Shown piece by piece: positions 1 to 9,664 of a stretch of DNA of 64,000 nt. Position numbers and translations under genes: made by a program. The first letter of the stretch is position 1. Every line of letters starts with the position of its first letter. Source of the stretch: an uncultured Alphaproteobacteria bacterium (GTDB lineage Bacteria > Pseudomonadota > Alphaproteobacteria > UBA8366); assembly GCA_963711215.1 (NCBI GenBank), contig CAVQDH010000006.1, forward strand, positions 80,879 to 144,878, in the 5' to 3' direction. The notes beneath the pieces were generated by a model. It did not search any database. It had not been told where the DNA came from and saw only the letters and a list, made by a program, of their open reading frames with translations.

Positions 1-48
1 CTGCTTCAGGCCATGGCGGAACGCGCTGAGGCCGCTTGAGGCGGCGCC

Positions 49-846
49 CTAGGGCACGGTCTCCGCGATCTCGGCGCAAGTGAGGAAGACGCTGCGCGGC
101 TGCTCCTTGATCAGGCGGAGGAAGCGATCGAGCATGCGCAGCCGCCCCGGATGGCCGATCAGCTGCACATGCAAGGTGAGATGGAAGAAGGCGCCGGGAC
201 GGTCCGCGTAGAGGCCGAGGAATTCCTCGCTCCAGACCTCGTAGGCGGCGGAAGCGGGGCGGGGCATCCGGCCCGCCAGCGCGCCGTCATAGAGAAAATA
301 GGGCGCGTCCGCGAGATGCCACTGCACCGGCAGCTCGACCACGGGCAGCGGCCGGCCGTCGCGGCTATGCCGGTACGGACGGCTCGCGTCGTGGTAGTTC
401 GCCGACACGGTCACGCCGGCCTCGATCAAGAGGTCGAGGGTGTTCTCCGAGAACTCCCAGGACGCCGAGCGCCATGTCGTCGGCCGCTCGCCGGTGATGC
501 GTTCCAGGGCGTCGATGCCGGCGACGAGGTCCTGCTTTTCCTCCGCGCGCGGCTTTCCGACCGCGCTCATATGGCTGTAGGTGTGGCTTGCGATCTCGTG
601 GCCGTGGCGGCGGATCTCCCGCACCGCGTCCGGGTAGCGCTCGGCGGTGACGCCCGGCAGAAAGAAGGTCGAGCGGATGCCGTGCTCGTCGAACAGTCCG
701 AGCAGCGGCGCCAGCCCTTCGCGGATGGCGTAGGCGCCGTTCGACAGCATGACGGGACGGTGCTCGCCCGGGCCGATCTTGTTGAACCAGATGGCCTCCG
801 CATCGAGGCAGGTGCCGATGACGATGGGGAACGGATCGGTGCTCAC
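49..846 (-). CDS. polysaccharide deacetylase family protein (NodB-homology domain)
   Basis: 265-aa ORF. GTG start preceded by GGGAG. FFLPG...RRHGHEIASHTYSH motifs are typical of NodB-type deacetylases. Confidence 0.8.
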   Translation of the reverse strand: MSTDPFPIVIGTCLDAEAIWFNKIGPGEHRPVMLSNGAYAIREGLAPLLGLFDEHGIRSTFFLPGVTAERYPDAVREIRRHGHEIASHTYSHMSAVGKPRAEEKQDLVAGIDALERITGERPTTWRSASWEFSENTLDLLIEAGVTVSANYHDASRPYRHSRDGRPLPVVELPVQWHLADAPYFLYDGALAGRMPRPASAAYEVWSEEFLGLYADRPGAFFHLTLHVQLIGHPGRLRMLDRFLRLIKEQPRSVFLTCAEIAETVP

Positions 847-975
847 AGGAATCTCCCAAGGCGGTGGCCAAAGCGGTGGAATGCCATCGATGATGGCGTG
901 CCCGGAATGCTATCACGGCTTCGCCGCGGCATGCGCGCCGGGCTATAGTCGCAGCCGGGCTTAGCGGGGAGCGGC

Positions 976-1692
976 ATGTACACGACACTGATCACCGGCG
1001 CGAGCAAGGGGATAGGGCTGGTGCTCGCCGAGCGCCTGGCGCGGCAGGGCCATGAGGTCGTCGGCGTCGCGCGCAGCGAGCCGGAGCGCGATTTCCCCGG
1101 CGCCTACTACCGCGTCGACCTGGAAGACAGGGATGCCGCGGTCGCGCGCCTGGGCGAGGTCACGCGGAAGCATGCGATCGACCACCTGGTGAACAACGCC
1201 GGCTATCTCAATCCGAAACCAGTCGAGCAGACCACGCTGCAGGACTTCGAGGACCAGATGACGATCAGCCTGCGCGGGTCGCTGATCTGCGCCAAGGCAT
1301 GCATTCCCAACATGCAGGCGCGCGGCCGCGGCCGCATCGTCAACATCTGCAGCCGCGCCATGCAGGGCCGGGAGGACCGCACGGCCTATGTCGCGGCGAA
1401 GGCCGGTCTCGTCGGCTTCACGCGGGTCTGGGCGCTGGAGCTGGTCGGCAATGGCATTACGGTGAACGTGGTCGCGCCGGGTCCCATCGAAACGGCGCTT
1501 TTCCTGCGCAACCATCCGCCGGGCTCGGAGATCCATCGCCGCATGACGGGCGCCACGCCGATGAAGCGCTTCGGCAAGCCGGAGGAGGTCGCGGCGGCCG
1601 TCGCCTTCTTCCTGTCGGACGAGGCGGCCTTCGTGACCGGGCAGGTGCTCTATGTCTGCGGCGGTCTCAGCCTGGGAAAGCAGCTCTTCTAG
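976..1692 (+). CDS. SDR family NAD(P)-dependent oxidoreductase
   Basis: TGASKGIG Rossmann motif at the N-terminus and a YVAAK catalytic Y-x3-K motif. Length of 238 aa is typical. Confidence 0.9.
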   Translation: MYTTLITGASKGIGLVLAERLARQGHEVVGVARSEPERDFPGAYYRVDLEDRDAAVARLGEVTRKHAIDHLVNNAGYLNPKPVEQTTLQDFEDQMTISLRGSLICAKACIPNMQARGRGRIVNICSRAMQGREDRTAYVAAKAGLVGFTRVWALELVGNGITVNVVAPGPIETALFLRNHPPGSEIHRRMTGATPMKRFGKPEEVAAAVAFFLSDEAAFVTGQVLYVCGGLSLGKQLF

Positions 1693-1773
1693 CGCATCGG
1701 TCTTGCGGTGCGACATGTCGGCGGACGCGTCGTCGAGCAGTATGCGCGCGGTCCGTAAGGAGACGGGCACAGG

Positions 1774-2652
1774 ATGTTCGAGAATTTCAAGAACCGGCAA
1801 GTCGATACCTCGGGCGCGCGGATCAATCTCGTGATCGGCGGCGACGGCCCGCCCTTGCTGCTCCTGCACGGCTATCCGGAAAGCCATGTGATGTGGCATC
1901 GGGTGGCGCCGGCGCTCGCCAAGCATTTCACCGTCGTGGCGCCGGACTTGCGCGGCTATGGCGACAGCTCGAAGCCGCCGTCGGGCGAGAATTTCTGCAA
2001 CTATTCCAAGCGCGCCATGGCGCAGGATCAGGTCGAGGTGATGGCGGCGCTCGGGTTCAAGCGCTTCCGGCTGGCGGGGCACGACCGCGGCGGGCGGGTC
2101 GCCTACCGCCTCGCGCTCGACCATCCGCAAGCGGTCGAGCGGCTGGCCGTGCTCGACATCGTCCCGACCTGGGAGCAGCTCGAGCAGGTGAACATGTCGG
2201 CAGCCTTCGGCAGCTTCCACTGGTACTTCATGGGGCAGGACCCCGGATTTCCGGAGAAGCTCATCGGCGCCGACCCGGAATTCTATCTCCGCTACATGAC
2301 GGACAAATGGGCGGGAGCTTCCAATGCCTTCGCGCCCGAGGCGATGGCGGAATACGTGCGCTGCTTCAAGGATCCGGAGACGATCCGGGCGACCTGCGAC
2401 TGCTACCGGAACAATGCCAGGGCGGATTACGAGAACGATGCCGCCGACCACGCCGCGGGCCGCAAGATCGAATGCCCGGTGCTCGTGCTCTGGGGCGGCG
2501 GCGGGCGGCCGCACAAGGCGCTCGGCGTGATGGATACCTGGCGGCGCTGGGCGTCGGACCTGCGCGGCAGCGGCCTTCCTTGCGGCCATTTCCTGGCCGA
2601 GGAAGCGCCGAAGGAGACGCTGGCCGAACTCATTCCGTTCTTTTCCGCATGA
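1774..2652 (+). CDS. alpha/beta hydrolase (haloacetate dehalogenase / epoxide hydrolase-like)
   Basis: LLLLHGYPESHVMW and GHDRGGRVAYR (Asp nucleophile elbow) motifs. AAGGAG RBS upstream of the ATG. Confidence 0.8.
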   Translation: MFENFKNRQVDTSGARINLVIGGDGPPLLLLHGYPESHVMWHRVAPALAKHFTVVAPDLRGYGDSSKPPSGENFCNYSKRAMAQDQVEVMAALGFKRFRLAGHDRGGRVAYRLALDHPQAVERLAVLDIVPTWEQLEQVNMSAAFGSFHWYFMGQDPGFPEKLIGADPEFYLRYMTDKWAGASNAFAPEAMAEYVRCFKDPETIRATCDCYRNNARADYENDAADHAAGRKIECPVLVLWGGGGRPHKALGVMDTWRRWASDLRGSGLPCGHFLAEEAPKETLAELIPFFSA

Positions 2653-2665
2653 GGCGCCGCGTATC

Positions 2666-3340
2666 ATGATCGCCAGGAAGCGCCGGGTGCGGCGCCGCAA
2701 CAGCGGGGGGGTCGATGTGTTCGGCATCCTCCGGGAGCGCATCTCCAGCCATGCGCTGCCGCCGGGCAGCCGTCTGCGCGAGCAGGATCTGGCGTCCGAG
2801 TTCGACGTGTCGCGCGCCCGTATCCGCGAGGCGTTCGGGGCGCTCGAACAGCGGGGCTTGATCGAGCGCATTCCCAACCGCGGCGCCGTCGTCGTCCGGC
2901 TCGATCCACGGCAGATGTTCGACCTCTACGACGTGCGCCAGGTGCTCGAGGCCTATGTCGCGCGGCTGGCGGCCGAGCGTGCGCCGAAGGGCGCCTGGGA
3001 CGAGCTGATCGCGCGATTTGACGAGCCGCTGGAGAAGGCGCTCGCGGCCGGTAATTTCGAGAGCTATCTCGACTGCCTGGAGGCGTTGCACGCGTGCATG
3101 CTCGAGCATGCGGGCAACAGCATTCTGGCCGACATGCTGGATCTCATCGGCGACAGGACACTGGTGATCTCACGGCGCGTGGTGATCCTGCCGGGCCGCG
3201 CCGAGATCGGGCTCAAGATGCATCGGCGGCTGCTCGCCGCGCTGGCGCGCCGCGACGCGGACGCGTCGGAGACTGAGATGCAGCGCATCCTCAGCAGCGC
3301 CCGCGAATATCTGGAGAAGTACCAGAATTACGTCATCTGA
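2666..3340 (+). CDS. GntR family transcriptional regulator (FadR/FCD subfamily)
   Basis: N-terminal winged HTH (EQDLASEFDVSRARIREAFGALEQRGLIERIPNRGAVV) followed by an all-helical C-terminal domain. Confidence 0.85.
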   Translation: MIARKRRVRRRNSGGVDVFGILRERISSHALPPGSRLREQDLASEFDVSRARIREAFGALEQRGLIERIPNRGAVVVRLDPRQMFDLYDVRQVLEAYVARLAAERAPKGAWDELIARFDEPLEKALAAGNFESYLDCLEALHACMLEHAGNSILADMLDLIGDRTLVISRRVVILPGRAEIGLKMHRRLLAALARRDADASETEMQRILSSAREYLEKYQNYVI

Positions 3341-3520
3341 CGCAGGGTAACAGGCCGCCGCGCATAGGTCGGCTGAAATAGTCTACACGATTGTTGACAA
3401 TATTTCGTGCGCCCGGCAAAGTCGAAGCCGTGCCTCAGCCTGTGTGCACCGAACCCCGCATCTGAACGCCAGAATCCGACAAGCGGGGAGAATTCAGGAA
3501 TCCGGAGGAAGACGTCCGCC

Positions 3521-4756
3521 ATGCCGGCTGCGACGACCGCTGAACCGCTAGAGAAATTCCGTGTCCTCGAGCTCGGGACCATGGTGGCCGGCCCCTTTTG
3601 CGGCCGCATGCTCGCCGATTTCGGCGCCGAGGTGATCAAGGTCGAGATGCCGGCCGGCGACCCGGTGCGCGGCATGGGCAAGCGCGTGGACGGCAAGTCG
3701 CTCTACGCCTCAAGCATTTTCCGCAACAAGCGGATGATCTCCATCGACCTCAGGACCGAGAAGGGGCGCGACCTGGTGCGCGACCTGGTCGGCAAGGTCG
3801 ACGTCCTGATCGAGAATTTCCGCCCCGGCACGATGGAGCGCTGGGGGCTGGGCTACGACGCGCTGGCGCGCCTCAACCCGCGCCTCGTCATGGTCCGGAT
3901 CAGCGGCTTCGGCCAGACCGGGCCTTACAGCATGCGCGCAGGGTATGGGATCATTGGCGAATCCATGAGCGGCCTTCGCCACATCACCGGCGATCCGGAC
4001 CGGCCGCCGACGCGCGTCGCCGTCTCGCTCACCGACTACATCACCGGGCTGCACGCCGCCTATGGCGCCGTCATGGCGCTGCTCAAGCGCCAGGAGACGG
4101 GCAAGGGCCAATGCGTCGACGCGGCGCTGTTCGAAAGCGCCTTCAACTTCATGGAGCCCTATGTCCCGGCCTATGAGAAGCTCGGCTTCATCGCCGGCCG
4201 GACCGGCTCCCGGCTGCCCGACAACACGCCCAACAACCTCTATACCGCGCGCGACGGCCGCCATATCCACATCGCCGCGGTCAGCGAGCCGACCTGGCAG
4301 CGCCTCATGAAGGCGATCGGGCGCGAGGATGCGCTCGCCGATCCGCGCTTCGCGACCCTGACCAGCCGGTCCCAGCATGAAGACGCGATCGACGCGATCA
4401 TCGGCGACTGGACCGCCCGGCACGACCTCGAGGAGATCGATGCGATCCTGCAGGAGGCGGGCGTGCCCGCGTCCCGCATCTTCACCATGGCCGACGTCTT
4501 TTCGGACCCGCATTACGCGGCGCGCGAGATGCTGGTCGACGTGCCGGACGCGGATCTCGGCACCGTTCGCCTCGCCAACGTCGTGCCCAAGCTCTCGGAC
4601 ACGCCGGGCCGGATCGACCATGCCGGCGGCCAGGTAGGGGTCGATACCCGAACTGTCCTTGCGGAAATCGCAGGCCTGACGGATGCCGAGATTTCCGCTC
4701 TCGCGGCCGAGGGTGTTATCTTCTGCGGCGCGCCGGGCCGGCCGGGAATGGAGTGA
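3521..4756 (+). CDS. CaiB/BaiF family III CoA-transferase
   Basis: FRVLELGTMVAGPFCGRMLADFGAEVIKVE N-terminal signature. ATG 3521 with a GGAGGAA RBS is preferred over the ORF-track start at 3407. Confidence 0.85.
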   Translation: MPAATTAEPLEKFRVLELGTMVAGPFCGRMLADFGAEVIKVEMPAGDPVRGMGKRVDGKSLYASSIFRNKRMISIDLRTEKGRDLVRDLVGKVDVLIENFRPGTMERWGLGYDALARLNPRLVMVRISGFGQTGPYSMRAGYGIIGESMSGLRHITGDPDRPPTRVAVSLTDYITGLHAAYGAVMALLKRQETGKGQCVDAALFESAFNFMEPYVPAYEKLGFIAGRTGSRLPDNTPNNLYTARDGRHIHIAAVSEPTWQRLMKAIGREDALADPRFATLTSRSQHEDAIDAIIGDWTARHDLEEIDAILQEAGVPASRIFTMADVFSDPHYAAREMLVDVPDADLGTVRLANVVPKLSDTPGRIDHAGGQVGVDTRTVLAEIAGLTDAEISALAAEGVIFCGAPGRPGME

Positions 4757-4757
4757 C

Positions 4758-6308
4758 ATGGGCTACGAGGATCTCTACCGCGAATATGAAGCGCACCGCG
4801 AGAAGGCGCTCGCCATGGGCGGCAAGGCGAAGCTCGAGCGCCGCCGGAATGCCGGGATTCTGAACGCCCGCGAGCGGCTCGACTACCTGGTGGACAAGGG
4901 GACGTTCCTTGAATCCGGCATGTTCGCGACCTCGGCCAAGCCTGAGGACCGAGCGTCGACGCCGGGCGACGGCAAGCTCTGCGGCTATGGCCGGATCGAC
5001 GGGCGCGAGGCGGTGGTGATTGCCAACGACTTCACGGTCAAGGGCGCGTCCTCGGCCGGAACCAACATGAAGAAGATCGGGCAGATGCAGCGCACAGCGA
5101 CCGAGCGTGGCCTGCCGCTGGTCTTCCTCGGCGAGAGCTCGGGCGCCCGCATTCCCGACAATATGGGCGCGCTCGGCATGGGCAATCTGCTGGCGAACAA
5201 CGCGACGCAGTACCGGCGACTGCGCGAATCGCCCTGGGCGTCGGCGGTGCTCGGCATGTGCTACGGCTCGTCCACCTGGTACACCTGCATGTCCGATTTC
5301 AGCGTCATGCGGAAAGGCGCGGTCATGGCGGTTTCCAGCGAGCGGCTGGTGTCCATGGCGATCGGCGAGAAGATCGACGGCGAGGCGCTCGGCGGCTGGA
5401 AGATGCATGCGGAAACGACCGGCCTGATCGACCAGTTCGTCGACACCGACGAAGAAGCGATCGACGCCGTCAAGACCTTCCTCGCCTACCTGCCGGGCCA
5501 TTGCAACGAAGCACCGCCGGTCGCAGCAGTGCCGAAAGGATCGGATGCGCCGGTGAAGAACGTCGCCGCGCTGGTGCCGGAAAGCCGCACGCAGGTCTAC
5601 GACATGCGCAAGGTGATCCAGGCCGTCGTCGATGCCGGCAGCTATTTCGAGCTGAAGCCCCGCTTCGGCCGCACCGCGGTCACCGCGCTGACCCGCGTTG
5701 GTGGGCGCAGCGTCGGCTTCATCGCCAACAATCCGCTGTTCAAGGCGGGCGCGATGGATGCGCAGGCCTGCGACAAGATCGTCAGCTTCATGGTGCTGTG
5801 CGATTCGTTCAACATCCCGCTCGTGTTCTTCGTCGACAACCCGGGCTTCGTGATCGGCATCGATGCCGAGCGGCAGCGCGCGCCGGGCAAGATCATCAAT
5901 TTCATGAATGCGCTGCAGCTGGTCACCGTGCCGAAGCTCACGGTGATGATCCGCAAGAATTACGGCCAGGCCTACATCAACATGGGCGGCGGCAAGAACG
6001 CCGACGACGTCTGCGCCTGGGTCAGCGCCGAGGTCAGCTTCATGGACCCGGCTTTCGCCGTGAACGTGGTGCACGGCCGGGAAGGGCAGCGCCTCGAAGT
6101 GGACGACCCGGCGCTCTTCAAGGCCGCCTATGAGAAGATCCAGCAGGAAAACAGCGTCTGGGACCTCGCCGCCTGCTACGCGGTGCAGCAGGTCATCAAG
6201 CCGGACGAAACCCGCGACTGGCTGTTGCGCATGTTGCAGGTGCACGAACGGCGCCTTACCGGCGGCGTCGGCCGGCACCTGCTCAGCAACTGGCCGACCA
6301 GCTACTGA
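4758..6308 (+). CDS. acyl-CoA carboxylase carboxyltransferase subunit (PccB/AccD-like), copy 1
   Basis: Full-length two-domain CT, 516 aa (ANDFTVKGASSAG, FFVDNPGFVIG motifs). The ATG overlaps the upstream stop (GTGACATG). Confidence 0.85.
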   Translation: MGYEDLYREYEAHREKALAMGGKAKLERRRNAGILNARERLDYLVDKGTFLESGMFATSAKPEDRASTPGDGKLCGYGRIDGREAVVIANDFTVKGASSAGTNMKKIGQMQRTATERGLPLVFLGESSGARIPDNMGALGMGNLLANNATQYRRLRESPWASAVLGMCYGSSTWYTCMSDFSVMRKGAVMAVSSERLVSMAIGEKIDGEALGGWKMHAETTGLIDQFVDTDEEAIDAVKTFLAYLPGHCNEAPPVAAVPKGSDAPVKNVAALVPESRTQVYDMRKVIQAVVDAGSYFELKPRFGRTAVTALTRVGGRSVGFIANNPLFKAGAMDAQACDKIVSFMVLCDSFNIPLVFFVDNPGFVIGIDAERQRAPGKIINFMNALQLVTVPKLTVMIRKNYGQAYINMGGGKNADDVCAWVSAEVSFMDPAFAVNVVHGREGQRLEVDDPALFKAAYEKIQQENSVWDLAACYAVQQVIKPDETRDWLLRMLQVHERRLTGGVGRHLLSNWPTSY

Positions 6309-6324
6309 ATACTGAAAGAGGAAA

Positions 6325-7665
6325 ATGTTCGACAAGGTTCTGATTGCCAATCGTGGCGCCGTCGCGGCGCGCGTTCTTCGCAGCCTGAAGGCGCTCGGCA
6401 TTCGCTCGGCCGCCGTCTATTCCGAGGCGGATGCCGCCGCGCCTTATCTCGAGGAGGCCGACGAGACCTACGCCATCGGCCCCGCCCATCCGCGCGAGAG
6501 CTATTTGAACCAGGATGTCCTGATCGACGTCCTGAAGAAATCCGGCGCCGATGCGGTGCATCCCGGCTATGGCTTCCTGGCGGAAAATCCCGATTTCGCC
6601 GAGCGCGTCGCAGCGGCGGGCGCAACCTTCATCGGGCCGTCGCCGCGCTGGATCTCGGCAATGGGGCACAAGACCCGGGCGCGCGACCTGGTCTCCCGGC
6701 ACGGGCTCAAGATCGGCGGCGGGTCGCGCGTACTGGCGATGGACGAGGACCCGGTCGCGGAGGCGCGCCAGCTGGGCTTCCCCGTGCTGATCAAGCCCGC
6801 GGCGGGCGGCGGCGGCATCGGCATGCTGCCGGCGCGCGACGAGGAAGAGCTGGTCAAGGCGATCAAGCGCGCCCGCTCGATGGCCGAGCGCGGCTTCGGC
6901 AACGGCGAGGTCTATCTCGAGCGGCTGATCGACCGGCCGCGGCACGTCGAGTTCCAGATCCTCGGCGACCAGCACGGCGACGCCTGCCACGTCTTCGAGC
7001 GCGACTGCTCGGTGCAGCGCCGCCACCAGAAGATCATCGAGGAAGCGCCCGCGCCCGGCCTGTCGCGCGACTTCGCCGAAGGCCTGGCCGATCAGATCGC
7101 CGGCACGATGAAGTCGCTCGGCTATGACAACATCGGCACGGTGGAGATGCTGATGGCGCCGGACGGCTCGGTCAGCTTCCTCGAGGTCAACACGCGGCTC
7201 CAGGTCGAGCACGGCGTTACCGAAGAAATCACCGGCGTCGATCTGGTCGCTTCGCAGATCCGTTCGGCGGCGGGGGAGAAGCTCGCCGACATCCTGCCGC
7301 AAAAGCCCGTCATCGACGGCCACGCGATCCAGGTCCGGGTCTACGCGGAGGACCCGAAAACCTTCTTCCCGTCACCCGGCAAGCTGGAGGTCTTCCGGCC
7401 GCCCTACGACAAATCGATCCGCATCGATACCGGCTACAAGGAAGGACAGGACGTAACGCCCTTCTACGATCCCATGCTGGCCAAGGTGATCGTCCAGGCG
7501 GGCTCGCGCGACAAGGCGATCGAGCGGCTGCTCGAAGCGCTTGCCGAATTCGACGTTCGCGGCGTAAAGACCAATATCCCGGCCCTCGTCGCGCTGCTCG
7601 GCTCCGAGCCGTTCCGCGCAGGCGACGTTCATACCGGGCTGACAAAATCCGTCATCGCGGGATAA
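6325..7665 (+). CDS. biotin carboxylase (stand-alone ATP-grasp subunit)
   Basis: MFDKVLIANRGAVAARVLRS start, GGGGIGM loop and EVNTRLQVEH motif. 446 aa with no fused BCCP. Confidence 0.9.
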   Translation: MFDKVLIANRGAVAARVLRSLKALGIRSAAVYSEADAAAPYLEEADETYAIGPAHPRESYLNQDVLIDVLKKSGADAVHPGYGFLAENPDFAERVAAAGATFIGPSPRWISAMGHKTRARDLVSRHGLKIGGGSRVLAMDEDPVAEARQLGFPVLIKPAAGGGGIGMLPARDEEELVKAIKRARSMAERGFGNGEVYLERLIDRPRHVEFQILGDQHGDACHVFERDCSVQRRHQKIIEEAPAPGLSRDFAEGLADQIAGTMKSLGYDNIGTVEMLMAPDGSVSFLEVNTRLQVEHGVTEEITGVDLVASQIRSAAGEKLADILPQKPVIDGHAIQVRVYAEDPKTFFPSPGKLEVFRPPYDKSIRIDTGYKEGQDVTPFYDPMLAKVIVQAGSRDKAIERLLEALAEFDVRGVKTNIPALVALLGSEPFRAGDVHTGLTKSVIAG

Positions 7666-7696
7666 CCGCAAATCATCAGGAGCTCGAAAGAAAACA

Positions 7697-7918
7697 ATGG
7701 CACGCGAAGAGATTCAGTCGGAAGTCACCGGCACGGTGTGGAAAATCGAAATGAAGGTCGGCGACGCGGTTTCCGACGGCGATACGATCATGATCCTCGA
7801 ATCGATGAAGATGGAGATTCCGGTGATCTCCACCGAGGACGGCACGCTGGTCGAGATCCTGGTGAAGGAAGAGCAGCCGGTTTCCGAGGGCCAGGCGGTC
7901 GCGGTCATCGAGACCTGA
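7697..7918 (+). CDS. biotin carboxyl carrier protein (minimal biotinyl domain)
   Basis: 73 aa with an ESMKMEIPV biotinyl-lysine motif. Confidence 0.85.
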   Translation: MAREEIQSEVTGTVWKIEMKVGDAVSDGDTIMILESMKMEIPVISTEDGTLVEILVKEEQPVSEGQAVAVIET

Positions 7919-7952
7919 TGAAGCGGCCGGCCGGTCCGCCGAGGCAATCCGC

Positions 7953-9515
7953 ATGAGCACCAAGACGCCGATCGAGGAGCTGGAGCAGCGCCGCCGCTGG
8001 GCGGAAGAGCAGGGTGGCGCGGACAACGTCGAGCGCCAGCACGGCCAGGGGCGCCTGACGGTCCGCGAGCGCATCGGCGGCCTCGTCGATACCGGCTCCT
8101 TCCAGGAAGTCGGCAAGCTGACCGGCAGCGAGAGCTATGACGGCCTGACGCTCAAGCACGTGACGCCGGCGCCCTATGTCATGGGGCTGGCGGAGATCGG
8201 CGGCCGTCCGGTTGCCGTGGGCGGCGAGGATTTTACCGTCCGCGGCGGTACCACGGCAGCCCTCGACAAGCGCAAAGGCGGGCAGGGCGGCTTCGTCGAG
8301 GACATGGCCCATCACTACCGCATCCCGCTGGTCAACCTGATCGACGGCGCGGGCGGCAGCGTCACTTCGGCCAAGCGCCGCGGCCACGCGGTCTTCCCGG
8401 GCGTCGACAGCTTCGATCGGTCGGTCGACCTGCTGGCCGAGGTGCCGGTGGTCAGCGCCGTGCTCGGCTCCGCGGCCGGCGGCCCGGCGGGGCGGGCGAT
8501 CCTGTCGCACTGGTCGGTCATGGTGAAGGACACGAGCCAGATCTTCGCCGCGGGGCCGGCGGTGGTCGAGCGTTCGCTGGGACAGAAGATCACGAAGGAA
8601 GACCTTGGCGGCCCGGCCGTCGCCGTGGACAAGGCCGGCGCGATCGACAATGTCGCGGAGTCCGAGGAGCACTGCTTCGCGCTGGTCCGGCAATTCCTGA
8701 GCTATATGCCGCAGAATGTCTGGGAGCTGCCGCCGGTGGCCGCTTGCTACGATCCGGCCGACCGTTGCGAGGACGCGCTGCTGTCGATCGTGCCGGAGCA
8801 GCGCCGCCGCGCTTACGACATGCGCCGGCTGATCGGCCTGATCGTCGACAAGGGCTCGATGTTCGAGATCCAGCCGACCTTCGGCAAGGCGCTGATCACC
8901 TGTCTCGCGCGGCTGAACGGGCATCCGGTCGGGATCGTCGCAAACAATCCGATGGTCTATGGCGGCGCGATGGACGGCCCGGCGGCACGCAAGCAGGTCC
9001 GCTTCGTCGAGCTGTGCGACATGTTCCATATCCCGCTCGTGTTCCTGGTCGACGTGCCGGGTTTCATGGTGGGGCTGCAGGCGGAGCAGGCGGGCGTGCT
9101 GCGTGACGGCATGCGCGCGGTCTATGTCGCGTCGCGGGCGACGGTGCCCGTGGTCACGGTGGTGATCCGCAAATGCTACGGCATGGCGGGTATGGCGACC
9201 TGCCACAAGCGCGGGCTCGAGTTTCGCGTCGCGTGGCCCTCGGCCGAGTGGGGCTCGCTGCCGGTCGAGGGCGGCGTTGCGGTCGCCTTCCGCCGCGAGA
9301 TCGCCAACGCGGCCGACCCGAAGAAGCGCGAGCAGGAGCTGGAGGAGGAGCTGCGCGCCTATGGCTCCCCCATGCGTACCGCGGCGGCCTTCGGCGTCGA
9401 GGACATGCTCGATCCCCGCGAGACGCGGCCCTATCTCTGCCGCTTCGTGGCGCTCGCGCAGTCGCGGCTCAAGACCGAGCTCGGACCGAAGTTCAAGGCA
9501 GGCGTTCGGCCGTAG
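7953..9515 (+). CDS. acyl-CoA carboxylase carboxyltransferase subunit (PccB/AccD-like), copy 2
   Basis: 520 aa, paralogous to but clearly divergent from copy 1 (GEDFTVRGGT, FLVDVPGFMVG motifs). Confidence 0.85.
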   Translation: MSTKTPIEELEQRRRWAEEQGGADNVERQHGQGRLTVRERIGGLVDTGSFQEVGKLTGSESYDGLTLKHVTPAPYVMGLAEIGGRPVAVGGEDFTVRGGTTAALDKRKGGQGGFVEDMAHHYRIPLVNLIDGAGGSVTSAKRRGHAVFPGVDSFDRSVDLLAEVPVVSAVLGSAAGGPAGRAILSHWSVMVKDTSQIFAAGPAVVERSLGQKITKEDLGGPAVAVDKAGAIDNVAESEEHCFALVRQFLSYMPQNVWELPPVAACYDPADRCEDALLSIVPEQRRRAYDMRRLIGLIVDKGSMFEIQPTFGKALITCLARLNGHPVGIVANNPMVYGGAMDGPAARKQVRFVELCDMFHIPLVFLVDVPGFMVGLQAEQAGVLRDGMRAVYVASRATVPVVTVVIRKCYGMAGMATCHKRGLEFRVAWPSAEWGSLPVEGGVAVAFRREIANAADPKKREQELEEELRAYGSPMRTAAAFGVEDMLDPRETRPYLCRFVALAQSRLKTELGPKFKAGVRP

Positions 9516-9664
9516 AATTTCGCCGCGCCCGATGGCAGTGTCGCGCGCGCTGCCTCCTGTTTCGACAGGCTCAACATGAGGCTTCTATGTTTGTGCCTCA
9601 TCCTTGTAACTTTGAATGCTCTGGATCGAGTAGTGTTTCCGGAGCGGTGATGGATGCGCGGCCG

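Noticed and set aside
961-2877. 638-aa minus-strand ORF, and similar very long ORFs antisense to real genes (for example 4716-6401, 7905-9206, 14160-15923, 39968-42025 and 50082-51545).
   Set aside because: These are typical high-GC shadow ORFs. They have Arg/Ala/Pro/Gly-rich low-complexity translations and no recognisable domains, and they lie exactly antisense to genes with clear family signatures.
9576-9601. Hairpin ATGAGGC...GCCTCAT after the second CT gene, as a possible terminator.
   Set aside because: It has only a 7-bp AT-containing stem with a 12-nt loop and no clear U tract, which is too weak to call.
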